DNA from: Octopus bimaculoides
Taxonomy: Eukaryota
Direction: 5' to 3'
Assembly (NCBI RefSeq): GCF_001194135.2
Contig: NC_068983.1
Span: 37,078,807-37,142,806 of the forward strand
Length of the DNA stretch: 64,000 bases
Shown: positions 11,341 through 22,790 of the stretch, piece by piece
Layout of the letters: every line of letters starts with the position of its first letter
Position numbering within the stretch: the stretch's first letter is position 1
Notes under the pieces: model-generated
Databases searched by the model: none
What the model was told of the DNA's origin: nothing
Seen by the model: the letters and a program-made list of their open reading frames with translations, nothing else
Program-made: the position numbers and the translations under genes

Positions 11341-11562
11341 NNNNNNNNNNNNNNNNNNNNNNNNNNNNNNNNNNNNNNNNNNNNNNNNNNNNNNNNNNNN
11401 NNNNNNNNNNNNNNNNNNNNNNNNNNNNNNNNNNNNNNNNNNNNNNNNNNNNNNNNNNNNNNNNNNNNNNNNNNNNNNNNNNNNNNNNNNNNNNNNNNNN
11501 NNNNNNNNNNNNNNNNNNNNNNNNNNNNNNNNNNNNNNNNNNNNNNNNNNNNNNNNNNNNNN
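11341..11562. other. Assembly gap of 222 N. Other gaps: 32929-32982, 36209-36218, 43379-43484, 56535-56544, 57553-57562.
   Basis: N runs. Confidence 1.
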
Positions 11563-12299
11563 GGTATTGAGCCATAAAAAAACCATGCCAAATCAGACTG
11601 GAGTCTGGTGCAGCCGTCCAGCTTACTAGTCTTGGTCAAACCGTCCAACCCAGCGCAGCATGGACAACGGACGTTAAATGATGATGATGATTCAAAAGTG
11701 TCATATCTCTGGCAGAACTCAGACAAACAAGTCTTAGTGAACAGCTTCATGAGCAATGTTTTCAGTTATTTTTCACTTTGAGCACCGACAAAGATTGTTT
11801 TTGCTTTCAACAGGTTGACATTCAACACATAAGCTAAGGCATGCACACACAATAGACAGGCATCCTCTCACATTTTAAGAATGTTGCTGTAAAGTGGAAC
11901 TGTAACATGCAAGTGATTGGTGTTAGGAAGGACATCCAGTTACAGAAACCACGCCAAAGCAAGCACTGGAATCTGGTGCAGTTCTCTGGCATGGCAATTT
12001 TTGTTGAACCATCCAACCCTTGCCAGCATGGAAAACCGATGTTAAATGATGAATATTTTTCTCTAGACTTTCCAATCATATAACATGGCAATCAATGACA
12101 ATGGCTTTGAGTTACAAGATTTCAAAATTATAGCAAAATTTTCTATAACACAACAAATGCTTGTATCAGAGATATTCATATATGATTATTTAGTGTATAC
12201 AAAAAATGTCCCAACAAAATATACCCTTTGTTGGTGGTCCTTATCTGCATACAATTAGAAATTTGTGGAATCGCATATTCTAAGTAATTTGGAAGCAAA

Positions 12300-12672
12300 T
12301 TCAAACAGAATTTTTCGAGGTAGATTTTCTATGGCTGGATGCTCTTCCTGTTGCCAAACCTCATCCGCTTTCAAGTGAGGTGATATTTTCTCATAGCTAG
12401 ACATGCTTTTTACAGAAAACTGGAAGCAAACCTTACTTGTATGATGACAATACTCAGTTACAACCATCACATAATGTCTAGGCATGGATGCATACAAATA
12501 CACACACACGTATACATGATGGACTACTTTCAGTTTTGGTCAACCATATCCAATCACAAGGATTGGTTGACCTAAGACTGTACTAGAAGACACTTGCTCA
12601 AGGTGCTGCACAGTGGGACTAAACCCAAAACCACAAGTTTAGGAAGCAAGCTTCTTAGCCACACAGCCCTGA
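12300..12672 (-). mobile_element. SINE family 2
   Basis: Same body as the 7471 copy, with the head GCTTCTTAGCCACACAGCC. Confidence 0.8.
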
Positions 12673-12827
12673 CTTCTTAAGATAGCTTAAATAAAAACTT
12701 GAGAGCTGGTAACATATTTGCCCCAAAATTGAAATATTACAGAAATACATAATAGAATAGCATGAAAAAGTCAAGTTAACAAAAGAGAAATGAAGGAAGT
12801 TGAGCACACAGATGACTGGAAACTGAC

Positions 12828-12934
12828 CTTTTTGATAAACAGTCTGTAAGTATGTCAAATCATCAGGATGATAGAGTTCAAATATAGACATGCCTATTAG
12901 ATCCTGAGGCAGGAAACCCAGTAAAGTAATTGCA
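12828..12934 (-). CDS. per: per PAS-B exon (AITLLGFLPQDLIGMSIFELYHPDDLTYLQTVYQK)
   Basis: Near-diagnostic PER PAS-B motif (LLGYLPQDL.G....LHP.D). TTTCAG|T acceptor and AAG|GTCAGT donor. Confidence 0.95.
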
Positions 12935-13293
12935 CTGAAATAAACAAGAAAATAATTAAAGATTCTGCTTTGTTTATAATTTATGAGATGACAGAATTTG
13001 GTTAATTTCTAATGTTAAGAATAGTTTTTTTTCTCTTTTGTTTGATTTAAGTTATGTGTTATTTTTTCTCATATTAAGTATTAAGTTTAAACTGATTTAA
13101 GTGGATTGCTAAAAAAAAAAAATAGGAAAAAAAACCACAGCAGTCATTTTTAAAGGTATAGGCTATCTAAGACCACATTATCTTCACTATTCATGTCTCT
13201 TTTCTTTTTTGAAAATGGTATGGTATGATTTAATGTAGAACTGGCTGCTATTTCTAGCAGGCCAAACCACAACATAGAGGACATTTATATTAA

Positions 13294-13505
13294 CCCTTTC
13301 ATTAACAACCTGGCTGAAACTGGCTCTGAGTACAAATGTCTTCTTTTCATAAATTTTGAATAATAAACTTCCACCAAACCTTACTCACAATTTATGTTCC
13401 TAACACTAGCAGAATGATAACTAAGTTATTTTACTAAATTCTTTGTTATATCTAAAGTAATTGAAAGAAACAGAGCATCTCAAAATAAATACAGTAATGA
13501 AAGGG
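13294..13505. mobile_element. piggyBac-type MITE
   Basis: TTAA|CCCTTTC...GAAAGGG|TTAA, with a second copy at 48289-48511. Confidence 0.8.
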
Positions 13506-14326
13506 TTAAATAGTGGTAGGCTACTGATACAATACTTATATCTAAACTGAAATCAATATCAAATTTGCATTTATTCCATCCATTTTTACTGCCCACTATT
13601 CATGGGAGAGTTATTAAAGCCTCCAGGCAACCCTTCTATAGGGTCTTATCAGAAGCATTTGTCATTAGACTTTCCAGCTGGATTACCAAGTGTCACCAAT
13701 CCTTAACTTCTTTTGGAAGAAAAGGATTTCTTTATTCCACAGGAAACTGGAAGTGTCAAGATCTATTGAAAGGAAATGTCAACAAACACTACACATGGTG
13801 GCCAAGCGACAAATTGCAGTGTCACTGTTTGTAGCTGTAGCTCAGCATAGATTGTAAACATTCGGACATACAGACAGACACATGCATACACAGACACATA
13901 TATACACACACCCTAGGTATTTTTCAATTTCCATCAACCAAATTCCCTCACCAGGTAATAGTCAGCCTGGAGCTTTAGTAGAAGATATTTGCTAAAAGTG
14001 CCACTTAGTGAGACTGAACCCAAATCCATGTAGTTAAAAAACAATCTCCTTAACCACACAGTGATGTTCATGCTACCTTCTATAAATTTTATGTCATGTC
14101 AAAAGAAATTTTCGTTAGCCAATCAGATTGGAGCCTGGTGTTGCCATCCAGTTTCACCAGTCCTCAGTCAAATCGTCCAACCCATGCTAGCATGGAAAGC
14201 GGACGTTAAACGATGATGATGATGATGATGCTGTTCACTAGAAAGATCTTACAACACTACTGGTGGTGATGCGATGATAATGAGGGTGATAAAAATTGTG
14301 ACAGATTAGAGGCTGTTTTTACTCAC

Positions 14327-14402
14327 CTGTTACTAATTAAGTTAAGGTTACAATAGAGATTATGACTGGTTGAAAAAGTGAAGTTTTTGGGCATTGAACA
14401 TC
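14327..14402 (-). CDS. per: per exon, start of PAS-B (GCSMPKNFTFSTSHNLYCNLNLISN)
   Basis: TTTATCTAG|GA acceptor and CAG|GTGAGT donor. 76 nt, phase 1 to 2. FSTSH...C matches FTTTHTPNC. Confidence 0.92.
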
Positions 14403-14860
14403 CTAGATAAAAAAAATAAAATTAAAAAAAACAATAGTAAAGAAATTAATTCCACTAGATACTTAAATACAATTAACATTTTAAATATTCATTTTTAAAA
14501 AAAAATATCAACCACAATTAGAAAGTGCAAAGAAAATGTTATTTTCAGTTTTTAAATCATACCTTCTAAGTTTCTCTGTCAGTATTAGATTTAAAAAAAT
14601 AACTGATTATTTCTAAATTTATCATGAGTGCCATGTGGAATCCCATTTAAAGTTAAGAAATGTGAATGTTCAAAATGATCTTTGAAGTTATCATATCGTT
14701 ATATATAAATTAATTTTGAAATCATTTTAGTCAACAGCTTTGAGGATAAAAGAAATCAATCTTTCAGTTTATTAAGGTTTCTCTATAAATACAAATATAT
14801 ATCTTATAATGTGATGTGTAACAAAAGAGAAGAGTGATATTAAACAAGGGAAATAATTAC

Positions 14861-15048
14861 CAATATAAGCAGACTGGAGTGGTACACATCTTAAGATAAA
14901 ATGCTTTGTTTTCTTAGAGCTGCCTAAAAGGTTCCTATCCTTTTCTGATGAAGGTGTATCTAAGATCTGTGTGGTAACATTAGCTTGGAATGCATAAAAC
15001 TTATCTTGTCGCTTCAGGCCATAGCCATCGTTCAAATTTTTGTAATAT
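14861..15048 (-). CDS. per: per exon, end of PAS-A (YYKNLNDGYGLKRQDKFYAFQ...HFILRCVPLQSAYI)
   Basis: TGTTTTAG|A acceptor and ATTG|GTAATT donor. 188 nt, phase 2 to 1. Corresponds to fly RRYRGLKSGGFGV...YEPF. Confidence 0.9.
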
Positions 15049-15719
15049 CTAAAACAGAAACAAAATCAACAAAATCATAAATATATCTCCAAGTTTTAAG
15101 TTAGATAATACTTCAAATATTAACATAACTACAATTGCATATTTAAGGTATTGGAAGTGGTTGAGAAGGTAGACTACTCCACTAAATGCATTTCATTTTT
15201 GAGCTTTTCTCTAGATTCTGGCTTTAACTTCCACAGACTGATTTTAATTTTCATCCCTATGACCAGTAATATCATGATCATTTTACATCCTCTTTCCATG
15301 CTGGTATGGGTTGGACAGGCTATGACATTCCTTATTGGGAGCCACTGCTTCTCATTGATTGATTCTTTTACATGTCATTCAGTTTGGTTTCCATGGTTGG
15401 ACATTTCCAACTGCCAATCACTTTACAGAGTGTACTGGGTCCATTTACTTATGATACCAACACAAGACAGCATTAAAAGAACCTCACATTTTCCTCTGCT
15501 CATTTACCTATTATTTAACACTGTGTGCTGGATGCACTTTTATGGTATCAGTCCTAGCGAGGTAGCCTTGCTCATCATTCACCTATAGGAGGTGCATGGC
15601 AGGTTCCATTGTCGGAACATAGGAAGTGGTGTATCTTGAACACAGTAAGAGTGAAGAATATGTTGACCAAGGAGAGAATAGAAGAGGGTGTAATGAGAGC
15701 AGAAAGGCCAGAGATGGGT

Positions 15720-15720
<1 letters not shown>

Positions 15721-15770
<50 letters not shown>
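15721..15770. repeat. (GT)n microsatellite, one of many (AC)n, (AT)n and (AG)n tracts
   Basis: Read directly from the sequence. Confidence 0.95.
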
Positions 15771-15772
<2 letters not shown>

Positions 15773-16841
15773 AAGGTGATAGGAGTGGAAGAGTGGAGGG
15801 TGCTTCAATCTAGGGTGTGTGTATTTGCTCAGGTGACTTAGGAGGGCGAGAGGGAGAGCAAAATATCAGACAGCCAGAATGAGTGGGAGCATGGAAAGAG
15901 CAGGTGCTTGATGAGGAAGGCAGTGATTGGCAATAGCTAGGTGAACAAAGTTAGGAGTGAACAACACAATAAAGGCAAGAGTAAGTGTTAGGTGACAACA
16001 GAGCTATCCCAGGAGAGAGGGAATGCTGGCTGGCTGGCAGTCCAGCAAGGTAGAGCTAGAGTGTATAGCACTGTTGTTGATCGAGTGACTGCACTCCTCC
16101 CATATTATGTGAAACAAAGCCTAGTATTAAGAAAACAACATGGGTTGGTCAGTTGACACAGTCCAAGTCAGGGAGTTACTGCTCCTAGATAGGTCAGAGG
16201 AATGCCTCTTACCTGAATGGAAAATATGGAACTAAGAGGTCAGTAACTCCAAATAAGAACTGATTTGGACTGTGATGACCGGTCTAACTCATATCAGTAT
16301 GGAAAGCAGATATAAAATAGTAATGATAACAATGGTGGCGGTGGTGGTGAAAGCGGTGGTGGCAGTGATGAAGTGATGAGAATATTCTTTCATTAGTTCT
16401 GAAGTAAAAGAAGTTTACATTAAGAAACCACAAACAAAGTTTTGGTCAACATAATGATAATTATAAATAATAATATATAACATTTATATATATACATATA
16501 TATATATATATTTTAATTAGTAATGAACAAATACTTTTAAAATTCTTAGAGAATCTGTAAATGTAAAATTTAGTATACCTAGTACAATTATTAATGGATG
16601 CTAAGTTCCAACAACAACAATAATCATCTATTTTTCTAGAAACTTCAATCAGTAAGTAAAAATGATTATTATTTAATTTAGAATTTGTTAATCCATCAAC
16701 CTAATTTCTCAAAACAACCCATCAGCACAGTCTGGAAGATCAGTTTAACTAATGAAGAAATGCTACCAATTCTTATTTAAAGCAATAAAATAATATAGAG
16801 CTAAACAGAGTTGTTATATATTTTGAAGGGAAAGCAATTAC

Positions 16842-16878
16842 CTGAGCCGGAAGTATATAGTATTTTCTTTTTGTTTAG
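16842..16878 (-). CDS. per: per 37-nt exon in PAS-A (AKQKENTIYFRLR)
   Basis: CTTTTTATAG|CT acceptor and CAG|GTAATT donor. It supplies the phase 1 to 2 bridge that its neighbours require. Confidence 0.88.
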
Positions 16879-17301
16879 CTATAAAAAGAAATGCACAGTT
16901 AGCATAATGTGAAGTCATCAGAAATATATTTTAATGAAGGAAAACACTTAAAACTCATAAAAACTAATTCATAGCATATTATGAAAAATTATTTTTAAAC
17001 TGATTTTGTGGCTAGCTGAATATGATGTATTAAAAGATGAGCACATTTTCTAAAAAAGAAAGAGCTTCTAATGACGTGACTAAAGCAATACTTAATACAC
17101 ATTTCATACTATTAAAGAAATCAGATAATAAACTGTTCACATCTTCATGTGTGTGTGTGTACATATGTGTTTTCTTAATGGAACTGAAAACAAAATAATG
17201 TTTTCAAAAACACTCATTTTATAAACTAAATTAAATGGATATGTGAAAAGAAAATTCTGAAAAAGGTGTATATTGCAGACAAAAAAAAAAAAAAATCTCA
17301 C

Positions 17302-17422
17302 CTGCCCCACCAGAATCTGCATATCGCTTGAACGTATTTTCATTTTTTGATAACATATTATTCACTGTTATAATATCTTTACGAGATGTGAAGCTAGTTA
17401 AAAGATGTCCACGCCAGCTATC
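17302..17422 (-). CDS. per: per PAS-A exon (DSWRGHLLTSFTSRKD...SGGA)
   Basis: TTTCAG|GAT acceptor and CAG|GTGAGA donor. 121 nt. Corresponds to fly DMWLGRSFIDFVHLKD. Confidence 0.9.
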
Positions 17423-18013
17423 CTGAAATAGAAAAAGAAAAACAAAGTTAATTTCCTATGTAACTGATATGTATACAAGAACTGATCTATATCAGTGGTT
17501 CTCAACCATTTTTCACCAGTGGATCCCTTTGTTTGCTATTTTATTCTGGTGGACCCCCATAGTCATTCAATGTTTAAAAACTAATTCTATAAATACGTCT
17601 TTCAAAATTCCTATTTTGCTTATTCACTCATTCACTTGTATAGGTTGAACTATGTAAAATGTTAGAGAACAAAATCTAGCTGTTTCTTGCAAAACATTAC
17701 ATTGAAAGCACATAGATGATGATGACGATGACAACGATGACGAAAGTACATTAAGTATTATCAATCTAGTTTGCAGCAACAGTTTCATTTTACAAAATAT
17801 CTAAGCTCGGTAAAAATGAACCACCACTACCACTGTCACCACCGCCACCATTATCATCATCATTTAGTGTCTGTTTCCCATGGTAGTATGGGTTGGATAG
17901 ATTAACAGGAAGTGGTAAGTCAGAAGAATGGTGTCTATGGTTGGATGCCATCTCATGGAAAAAAAAAAAAAAAAGACATAAAAAACATTAAAAAAATATT
18001 CAATGAAACTTAC

Positions 18014-18097
18014 TTTTGGATATCCAAGAAATTTCAGTAGAGAATCATGTACTGAATCCACTCTGCAATCCAAAGTGACAGCTAGAACAAAAGATCC
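18014..18097 (-). CDS. per: per exon, start of PAS-A (GSFVLAVTLDCRVDSVHDSLLKFLGYPK)
   Basis: CTCTCTTAG|GGA acceptor and AAA|GTAAGT donor. 84 nt, phase 0-0, with the PAS LGY motif. Confidence 0.92.
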
Positions 18098-19353
18098 CTA
18101 AGAGAGAGAGAGAGAGAAAAAAAAAAAAAAAAAAAAAACAATTTAGCTGATTAGGTAAAATTGAGGAAGAGAAAGATCAATAGAAATTCTTAGAATCTTT
18201 TCCCTTTTAGGTAGGAAATACATATTTTTCCTTTAACTTGTTTCAGTCTTAGGATTGCAGTACCATGCTCAAGAACTGCCTTCAAGGGTTACTAGATCAA
18301 CTTTAAACTCAGTCCTTTATTTTTTGGTATTTATGTCTGGTACCTACACTATCAGTCTCCTTTTGTTATTAGATGTAAACAAACCAACATTGGTTTTCAA
18401 GCACTGTGGACACACACATACACAGTAGGTCTAAATCTGAAATCATGTGATTGAGAAGACAACTTTTTAAACACAATGTCATGCCTGCACCTTTATGCAT
18501 ATATATTTTGCTTGCTTCAGTCATTGGACTGCAGCCATGCTGGGGCACTGCCTTGATGAGTTTTGTCAACCAAATTGACCCTAGTACTAATTGTAAATCT
18601 CTTTACCAAACTGTTATGTCAGGGGGATGTAAACAAACCAACACTGGTTGGCAGGTGGCAGCAAGGAACAAACACTAAGACACACAATGGGATTCTTTCA
18701 GTTTCCTTCTACCAAATTCACTCAAAGGCTTTGGGAGGAGGGGGCAAGCCTATTACATCGACCCTAGTGCTTACTGGTATTTAATTTACTGACTCCCAAA
18801 AGGATGAAAAGCAAAATCGACAGTAACGGAATTTGAACTTAGAATATAAAGATGGGTGAAATGCCATTAAGCATTTTGCCTGGTATGCTAACGATTCCGT
18901 CAGCTCACTGCTTTAAAGTATAAATATTATAAACAAAATATTAAGAACAGAACAACTAAATCATAACAATATTTAAATTGTTTGGTAACAGACACTAGCA
19001 AGATTTGAACTTTGGGAAACATGCCATGTTCAAAACTGTCAAAGCATGGAATAAACTACACTTATTAGTTGTTAGCTAACACTAATTGCATCCTTCAGGA
19101 ATTCCGTGCTTTTTATGCCTATCCATCCTTTCTGTTTTATAGCTCTTATACTGTTCACTTTTCTAACATTATTCAGTGTACTACACATGCACTTTTGGCT
19201 TTCACTGTTGTCTTTCTTTATTTGACTTACTACTGTTTTCTATCCTGTCTTTTTAGCCTTTTCTGACAAGCTGTAGTGCACCTGAGCTTTGTTTTGTATG
19301 TAATAAGCTCCTAAATATTATCATCACTTAGAAAAATAAGAAAAAAATCTTAC

Positions 19354-19463
19354 TGGTGATGGTTCTTCTTCAGTTTCTTTGCTCACAGTACCAGTGCTGC
19401 TGCAATGGTCAATACTATCAGTTGCACTATCTTCAAAGTTGAATTTTGAATCATCTTTACTTT
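19354..19463 (-). CDS. per: per acidic linker exon (ESKDDSKF...EEEPSP)
   Basis: TTTTCCAG|AA acceptor and CCA|GTAAGA donor. 110 nt, phase 1 to 0. Confidence 0.85.
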
Positions 19464-20249
19464 CTGGAAAAGGGAAAAATAAATAAAAATAAATAATATA
19501 AATTACATGGTATTCCTGAAACTGAAAGCAACAAGCATGTATCATGCTGAACATCTCAATTTGACATACATATACATAATACTTAATGAAAAATATATAT
19601 ATAGGCACAACTGGACCTGTTGTACAAATACGTTCCCCCTGAAGACACCCCCATATCCATAATTTCACTAACTGCAGTTCTTCCTTTATACTGCTTCCCT
19701 TACTCTACAGAACCAATTTATTTGTTATCCATCCTTCATCCATTACTATTGTTCTCTCCGACCACATTTTCATTGCTCTGCCTCCTGGGACACTAAATTC
19801 TCTCACCTCCCTCACACCATACATATCTCTGTATTCCTGCCTCTCTCTTCCCCACCCACTCCTGCAACCTACCCAAACTCATGTTATCTCTCTTGTCATT
19901 CTCTTATCTTTTGTATCACCTTCACTATTCTGCTGCTCCATACTGTCAGTCATCTACTCTCTCCACCTCCCACAACTCTTGAATCACTGGTCATTCATCA
20001 TTCACTACATCCACCCTTCAAACCTACCCAATCTTTACAGTGAGTTGCCTACCTATACTGTCTCCTATTCCCAATCTCCCATACTCTCTTGCCATCTCCA
20101 TCCATCCAGCACATTCCTAATATGTTTTCAACCACCAGAGTAACTTGGCATTTATTGAAGGACAGCTTCATTTACTCAAAACGTCTGAAACAAGGGCTAA
20201 TGAAGTTGGAAAACAAGCATAGAAATGCTTTGGATAGGCAAAGCATTAA

Positions 20250-20458
20250 CCCTTCAGTGTTCGCATTATTCTGCCAAAATTAATGCTTTTTTATCCACAT
20301 TGTTTTGAACTAATCATGCATTATCTTGTAACTATGAGATCTTGATGAGTTGGCTGTTAATTTTTAAAACAATATTGTAGGGTTGGTGTGAGAGGCCAGA
20401 TCTGGCCAGTTTGAACATAAAACAGGCAGAATACTTTTGGCCAGATATGGCTAAAGGG
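20250..20458. mobile_element. piggyBac-type MITE, second family
   Basis: TTAA|CCCTT...AAGGG|TTAA. Confidence 0.7.
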
Positions 20459-20512
20459 TTAAATGAATCAGAAGACAAGAACAGTTAGGTGATAAGAAAC
20501 ATGAGAACCAAC

Positions 20513-20679
20513 CTTTTAACTTCTTCAGCTTATCAATGACATGTTGAAGTGCAGTCAAGGTGCCAGTCTTCTTTCCACGTCCTTTTGATGGAGGAAGCAT
20601 AGATTTAATTTGTTGAATATACGCTTTAACTTTTTCTTTCTTGATTTGCCTAAATTCATTCCCAGTAACATGCATGCTA
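20513..20679 (-). CDS. per: per exon, N-terminal HLH-like segment (SMHVTGNEF...KAYIQQIKSMLPPSKGRGKKTGTLTALQHVIDKLKKLK)
   Basis: Matches mammalian PER1 LRELKLRLPPERRGKGRSGTLATLQYAL. Tandem acceptor CAGTAG and donor AAG|GTTGGT. Confidence 0.93.
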
Positions 20680-21425
20680 CTGCAAAAGAGAAAACAGAAA
20701 AAAAAAGGGTAATCAAATTAGGCTTTGGTCAATGAAAGAGATTATTTTGATTAAAAAAAAAAAGGAAAAAAAAAAGCATTCATCTTATCTTTTATTTTTT
20801 ACCTTCTACTTGTTTCCATCATTAAATGTGGTCATGCTGGGACACTACCTGGAAGAATTTTAATCAAAAGAATTGACCCAAGTACATATATTTTAAGTTT
20901 GGGACTTATTCTGTTAGTTTCTTTACCCAAACAACTAAATTATGGGACATAAACAAACCAACTGATCAGTTAATTAGTTAGATAATTAACCAATTGAAAA
21001 AAGAAAAAAAAAAAAATAAATAAATAGAATGTATGCGTGTGGTTATTATTGGCATAATGACCTTCCAAAGATATAACAAAATAAATAATATAAATTACTT
21101 GTGATTGATGTCTTATCAGTAAACAGAAACTGAAAGAAGCTTGTCATATGTGTGTGTGTGTGTTCTCCACCACCACTTGACAACCAGTTTTGGTGTGTTC
21201 ACATCTCTCTAACTTAGCAGTTTGGCAAAAGAGACTGATAGAACAAGTAGCAGTCTTGAACAAAAAATTACAACTGGAGTTGATTAATTTGACGAAAAAT
21301 TCTTCAAGGTGGTGCCCCAAACAAGTAAAAGATAAAAGATGTGAATGCAATATTGATTAAGACTATCATTAGTACACTCAACAGAGAAGTTAAACTGTAA
21401 ATAAGAAAGTTCATTTAAGACATAC

Positions 21426-21500
21426 CTGCAACCACTTGTTGATGGTTGGTCATCAGTAGTTTCACTGCTAAGGGATATACTTACACTACTAGAACTTCCC
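21426..21500 (-). CDS. per: per exon (GSSSSVSISLSSETTDDQPSTSGC)
   Basis: TTTTCAG|G acceptor and CAG|GTATGT donor. 75 nt, phase 2-2. Matches PER1 SEQDNPSTSGCSS. Confidence 0.92.
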
Positions 21501-22292
21501 CTGAAAATAAAACCAAATATGACACTTAAGAATATCGAATCACAAAACAATTTCATATTTAATTTGGATGTAATATCATTTAATGTAAACATTTAAGATT
21601 ACTGGATCTGTAAAATGCAAACCCAGTCCCTTCAATAATGAATTTTCATTTAAATAAGTCCATATTCATAGCAAGAATATTAGTAAGCAATTTAAAAATG
21701 ATTTATTACAAAAAAAAAACAAAAAACAAAAACAAATGAAATATAATGAACGATTCTAGTAATTCAGCTTAAATTTAATGATTTCAGATACATTGATTTG
21801 ATTGATTAATTTAGTTCTTAATTAAAAGCTGGCAGAACCTTCCCTCTCCAAGTTTACAGAACTGTAACTTCAGTAGTGAACCTAAAGACATCATCAGAAG
21901 ACCAAATTTTATCAGCTATATAGACACGGGTTTTAATCATTATTTCTATATAAAATAATTATGCCTAAAAGTATCAAACCCACAATACCTAAAAGTATCC
22001 TGATCAGATGCAATTAATCTACAGTACAAACTGTTTATTAAATTGTAACTTAGTATTTGCTATTATTTACACTGGATGAAGTTTGATAAAACAATTGTTA
22101 GAAATTATTATAATTGTGTATTGCAAATATTAGTTGTCACTACCTTAGAATAAAAAAGAATTTGTTTCAGTCGAAAATAAAATAGAAAAATATTTTTTAT
22201 GCTAAGTAAAACTGTAAGCATAAGGCTATTTTAGCAGAATCAGTTCAGAGATGACATAACTTCAGAAAGAGAATTCACAAATTCCTTAAGAC

Positions 22293-22333
<41 letters not shown>

Positions 22334-22423
22334 AGGCACAGGTTTGCCTATCACTGAGTCAGAAAATGAAAGTTTCAATTCTTACAGAAGAGATTTGAAG
22401 TAAAAATAAGCTAGCACCTTATA

Positions 22424-22790
22424 AGGTGTGGCTGTGTGGTAAGAAGCTTGCTTCCCAACCACATGATTCCAGCTCAGTCCTGCTACGTGGCACCTTGGGC
22501 AAATGTCTTCTACTATAACCTCGGGCCGACCAAAGCCTTGAGTGGATTTGGTAGACGGAAACTGAAAGAAGCCCATTGTATATGTGTATATGTTTGTCCC
22601 CCCTCCACCATTACTTGACAACCGATGTTGGTGTGTTTACGTCCCCTAACTTAGCGGTTCGGCCTAAGCGACCGATAGAATAAATACTAGGCTTACAAAG
22701 AATAAGTCCTGGGGTCGATTTGTTCGACTAAAGGCGGTGCTCCAGCATGGCTGCAGTCAAATGACTGAAACAAGTAAAAGAATAAAAGAA
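22424..22790 (+). mobile_element. Full-length tRNA-derived SINE (family 1, CORE-like centre)
   Basis: tRNA-like head GGCTGTGTGGTAAG, core GGCACCTTGGGCAA, tail GACTGAAACAAGTAAAAG(AAT). Near-identical copies occur elsewhere in the window. Confidence 0.9.

Noticed and set aside
15151-15588. 145-aa plus-strand ORF
   Set aside because: It runs through a repeat copy, has no recognisable motif, and is antisense to a per intron.
22294-22329. Long poly(A) run
   Set aside because: No upstream retrocopy or TSD is identifiable, and poly(A) tracts are common in this window.
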